A program made the position numbers and the translations under genes. A DNA stretch of 64,000 bases. Source: the human T2T-CHM13v2.0 reference genome, Homo sapiens. Numbering within the stretch: position 1 is the stretch's first letter; each line of letters begins with the position of its first letter. The DNA is taken from assembly GCF_009914755.1 (NCBI RefSeq), contig NC_060935.1, one strand, 5' to 3'. Below the pieces are notes generated by a model. The model was not told where the DNA came from. It made no database searches and saw nothing but the letters and a program-made list of their open reading frames with translations. Of this stretch, positions 55,871 to 64,000 are shown piece after piece.

Positions 55871-57845
55871 CTATACTGTAGCCTAATAAGTGCACAATAG
55901 AATTATGTCTAAAAATACATAAATCTTAATTCAAATATACTTTATTGCTAAAAAAAAAAGCAACTGATCATCTGAGCCTTCAGTGGGTTAGATTCTTTTT
56001 GCTAGTTGAGGGTCTTGCCTCAATGTTGATGGCTGCTGACTGATTAGGGTGGCAATTGCTGAAGGTGGCGGTGGCTGTGGCAATTTCTTAAAATAAGACA
56101 ACAATGAAGTTTGCCACATCAAATGAGTCTTCCTTTCACAAAAGGAAGTGGTATTTATCTGTAGTGTGAAATGTTGTTTGATGACATTTTACCTGCGTTA
56201 GAACTGCTCTTAAAACTGGAGTCAGTTTTAAGTCTACTAAGTATACGTAATATTCTAAATTCTTTGTTGTCATTTCAACAATGCTGATAGCAACTTCACC
56301 AGAGTATATTCCGCCTCAAGAAACCACTTTCTTTGCTGATCTATAAGAAGCAATTCCTCATCCATTTAAGATTTATCATGAGATTGTAGAAGTTCAGTGC
56401 CATCTTTGAACTCACTTTCTAATTCTAGTTCTCCTGCTCTTTTCATTACATCTTCAGTTACTTCCTTGACTGGAAGTATTGGAACACCTCAAAGTCATCC
56501 ATGAGGGTTGGAATCACTTCTTCCAAACTCCTGTTGTTGATATTTTGACCTTCTCTCATGACTCATGAATGTTCTTAATGACACCTAGAATGGTGAATCC
56601 TTTCCAGAAGGTTTCCAACTTACTTTGCCCATATCCATCTGAGGGATTACCATCTATGACAGTTACGGCTTTATGAAATGTATTTTAGAAATAATAAGAC
56701 ATGAGAGTCAAAATTACTTGTTGATTCATAGGCTGCAGAATGGATATTGTGTTAGCAGGTACGTAAACAACATTAAACTCCATGTATGTCTCCATCAGAC
56801 CTCCGGGCTGGCCGGGCACATTGTCAATTATTAGCAGTAGTATTTTGAAGGGATTTTTGTATATATATATATGTGTGTGAGTAGTAATTCTCAGAAGTAG
56901 ACTTAAAATATTCAGTAAACCATGTTGTAAAGAGATGTGTTGTCACCCAGGCTTTGTTTTTTCATTTTTAGAACACAGTAATACGTGTAACATAATTCAT
57001 AAGTTTCCTAGTCTTCTCAGAATGGAAATGATTATTGGCTTCCACTTCAAGTCACCAGTTTTATTATCTCCTCATAGAAGAGTTAGCCTGTCCTTTGACA
57101 ATCTGAAGCAAGGCCTTGACTTCTCCTCTCTAGCTGAGAAAGTGTTAGATGGCATCTTCTTCCAAAAAAAGGCTGTTTTGTCTACATCGAAAATACGTTG
57201 TTGAAGCTTCTCTATCAGTCTGCACTTGCTGCTTCACCCAGCACTTTGATGTTATAGAGACAGTTTCCTTCCTTCAACCTCACGAAATAACCTCTGCTAG
57301 CTTTACACATCTTCTGTAACTTCCTCCCCTCTCTCAGCCTTTATAGGATTAAAGAGAGTTAAGGTCTTGCTCTTGATTACAATTTTGGTTTACAAGAATG
57401 TTGTGGCTGACTTGATCTTCTATCAAGACCATGAAAACTTTCTCCATATCAGCAATAAGGCTGTTTCTCTTTCTTATCATTTCTGTATATTCACAACTTG
57501 GCTGTTTTTTGCAACAGGCCTAATTTTTGGCCTATATTTGCTTCCACCATACCTTCCTCATTAAGTATAATCATTTCTTGTTGATTTTGATTTAAAGCTT
57601 TTAAATCAAAAGCTTTTGATTTAAAGTTAGAGACTTACAATTCTTCCTTTCACTTGAGCATTTAGCCATTGTAGGGCTATTAATTAGCCTAATTTTAATA
57701 CTGTTGTGTCTCTAGGGATAGGGAGGCCTGAGGAGAGGGAGAGAGACGGAAGTACAGCCAGTGGGTAGGACAATCAGAACGTACCACCCTCATTACGGTC
57801 TTATGTGGGCAGTTTGTGATGCCCCAAACCAATTACAACAGTAGC

Positions 57846-58005
57846 GTGTTCCTAACACAAAGAAATAATAAATGTCTGAGGTGATGGATACGTTTATTAC
57901 CCTGATTTGATCCTTATATATTGTATACATTTATGGAAATATCACACTGTATGCCATAAATGTGTACAATTATCATGTAAATTGAAATAATAATATAAGC
58001 AAAAA
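57846..58005 (+). mobile_element. L1MA 3' end nested in Tigger1
   Basis: acacaaagaaataataaatgtctgaggtgatggatac...ccctgatttgatc. Confidence 0.75.
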
Positions 58006-58913
58006 AGATCACTGATTACAGATCACCATAACAGATATAATAATAATGAAAAAGTTTGAAATATTGTGAGAATTAACAAAATTACACAAAATGAGACCAT
58101 GCTATTGGAAAAATAGTGCCAACAGATGTGTAGGACAGAGATGCCACAAACCTTCAATTTGTAAAAAATGCAATATCTGTGGAGTTACAATAAAATCAAG
58201 TGCAATAAAAACGCATGTCCATAATTTTCTTCTACTGGGCCATTCAGTGTCATCAATTTGTAATGTGGGATAAAAGTTAACAATAGGAATGATAGTACCT
58301 TTGCTGAGGTCATTGGGAAATGTCAGATATGAAGTAAAGAGCAGATCATGAGTTCAGTTTTGGAGAAGTGGAGTTCAGGTACATTTCAAAGATAAAGTAG
58401 TCTACTAGGTAGGAGAATATGTAAGTTGAGAGCTCAGAAGAGATATATAGGCTGTAAATAGAACTGAGAGAATCATCAGGATAATAGCAAATCAAGGACG
58501 TGTTTGTTAAAATTAAGAGAGGAATTCTAAGAAATTATCTTTGAGGGACCTCAGCATTTAGGTTGAAAAAAAAAGATGAACTCTAAATCGGAGACAGGAA
58601 CAGGCAAATCCAGAGATGTAGATGGGAAACCAAGAGTGTTGTGTCATCCAAGCCAATGGAAGAGAGTATTTACAGGCAAGACACCAGTGTCAACTGAATT
58701 TAGGAGATCAAGTGAAAATAACACTGAAATGGCCATTTGGATTTATTGAGGTGGAGAGAACTGGCAATTTAACAAGACATGGCTGAATAGAGTAATAAAA
58801 GCAGATTAACAATGAAGTAGCTAAGAAGTGAGTAGAAGGTGAGAAAGTGAACCCATGACATATAAGCCAGTATTTTGGGAAGTTGAACTAATAAGGAATG
58901 AAGAATGAAATCT

Positions 58914-59051
58914 ACAGTTCACCCTTGAACAACATGAGTTTGAACTGTGCAGGTCTCCATTTACATATTTTTTTTCAGTTGATAGGTTGAAATTTATTTT
59001 TGAGATTTGCAATAATTTGGACAAACTCACAGACAAACCATGTTGCCTAGG

Positions 59052-59053
<2 letters not shown>
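58914..59053 (+). mobile_element. Tigger2/MER28-like left end, truncated at the SVA insertion
   Basis: ta|cagttcacccttgaacaacatgagtttgaactg. Confidence 0.7.
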
Positions 59054-59084
<31 letters not shown>

Positions 59085-59272
59085 TATTTATTGATCATTC
59101 TTGGGTGTTTCTCACAGAGGGGGATTTGGCAGGGTCACAGGACAATAGTGGAGGGAAGGTCAGCAGATAAACAAGTGAACAAAGGTCTCTGGTTTTCCTA
59201 AGCAGAGGACCCTGCGGCCTTCCGCAGTGTTTGTGTCCCTGGGTACTTGAGACCAGGGAGTGGTAATGACTC
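59054..59272 (-). mobile_element. SVA 3' fragment (SINE-R end plus 29-nt poly(A))
   Basis: T29, then agtatttattgatcattcttgggtgtttctcacagagggggatttggcagggtcacaggacaatagtggagggaagg. Confidence 0.92.
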
Positions 59273-59760
59273 TTTTTTTTTTTTTTTTTTTTTTTGTTTT
59301 AAGGGAACCAGATGCCATCTTTATTGAGATCTCAAAGAACAGCATCCTATGGGAAGACAGAAGAAAATGCCAAGGTCGCTTCCTTCAGGTAATGCAACAC
59401 TTTCTTGTGAGAGGCACAACGGTAAACATGAAGATGATTGATAACTTCTTTTAAGACATATAAAAGGGAGTTATAACACAGAAGTACAATCCTGAACCAA
59501 AAAAGAAGAAAAGCCAATTTATAGCTACGGAGGCATGTTTAAAAGTGCTACACAGAAAATTTCTTTGAGTCTATGTTTTTGCAAATGGGAGAGGATTTTC
59601 AAGTCAGCTCATGTGGAAGATACACTTCATCGCCAAAGGGAATAGTGGGACAGGCACCAGGAAATACCCTAAGGAACTGGGAAGGAGATACATGGTCCCA
59701 GAGCAGAACTTTGACCCTACTGAAAAGGAAGGAAAAGGCATTCCTGACGAGCAACCTCCT
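59273..59760 (-). other. Retrocopied 3' end of an unidentified polyadenylated transcript; 5' boundary uncertain
   Basis: T23 tail at 59273-59295; AATAAA on minus at 59325-59320, 24 nt upstream of the tail; non-repeat sequence with several CpGs. Confidence 0.65.
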
Positions 59761-59824
59761 TTAATGCTTTAATGGAGCCAAGTTTAACCTGAATTTCAAA
59801 TTCTTGAGATAGACTTTAACACAA

Positions 59825-60065
59825 CAGACTGTCTAGGTTTGAATCCCAGTTCTGCCACTTTTTAGCAAAGTGATCTGGAGCAGGTTACACTACCTCCCTC
59901 CATCTTATGATTATTATTATCCACATTTGGTATGAAATGTGGATAATAATAATAGTAGCTACCTCACATGGTACTCATAAAGATTAAATAAAGTAATTTA
60001 GGTACAGTGAGATAAGGCTTGCCTTCCAGCAGATATTCAATATGTGTTGGCCATTATTATTATTT
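59825..60065. mobile_element. MIR fragment
   Basis: agactgtctaggtttgaatcccagttctgccact. Confidence 0.7.
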
Positions 60066-60477
60066 CTCTAATCATTAGAGAAAAGAATAACAAATAATAA
60101 GAAATATCTGCCTACAGTTAAAGAGACATTTCCTTTAGTCACCTCTGGCTAAAAAAAAAATTAAATAAAAAAGACTAATGAAAGCCTGAAATTCAATACC
60201 AGAACCACATGCAGTACTGTTGGTTCATATCCACATGCACACACATTCTTTGCTTGGGTCTACAGTGCAACATACTACAACCAAACATAGAACTTAGATA
60301 TTTCCAAGCCATTTGATGTAAGAGCCAGCTGGAAATCCTCATTTCAATGTTCCACAAGTATCTTAAACTCATTATACCCAAAACTGAACTGATCATTTTC
60401 ACCCTCCTCTACTACTACTTCCCCTAACTTCCCCTAATTCCGTGGTGCCACATCCTGTTCTCTACCAATTTACTTTC

Positions 60478-64000
<3,523 letters not shown>

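Noticed and set aside
59083-59272. HERV-K LTR5 solo LTR
   Set aside because: Poly(A) follows directly after ...ATCAATAAATACT with no U5, which is the SVA SINE-R structure.

Overview
Human intronic DNA, AT-rich and dominated by repeats. The only recognisable host exon is a 250-nt mGluR5 (GRM5) exon at 51155-51404 (+). It carries C276Y and A296V relative to human mGluR5 as I recall it, so it is most likely the duplicated copy GRM5P1. Intact insertions include: an 8.8-kb MER61/HUERS-P3-like ERV1 provirus (tRNA-Pro PBS, TSD AAGA); a THE1 MaLR (TSD TATGG); a near full-length late L1PA2 with ORF1 and ORF0 intact and ORF2 broken; and an L1HS-Ta-type element with ORF2 open to the window edge. There are also two Tigger1 copies, two twin-primed L1s, several Alus, solo LTRs and an SVA 3' fragment. 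Main leads: (1) the L1 antisense promoter/ORF0 splice donor SD1 lies 3 kb upstream of the mGluR5 exon and in frame with it, predicting an ORF0-mGluR5 fusion; (2) the two young L1s share rare ORF2 substitutions (R440G, L488M, L699P); (3) a doubly poly(A)-tailed chimera joins an unidentified transcript end to SVA; (4) an orphan inverted L1 fragment appears to be templated from the neighbouring L1. Repeat family names and consensus comparisons are from memory, not from database searches.
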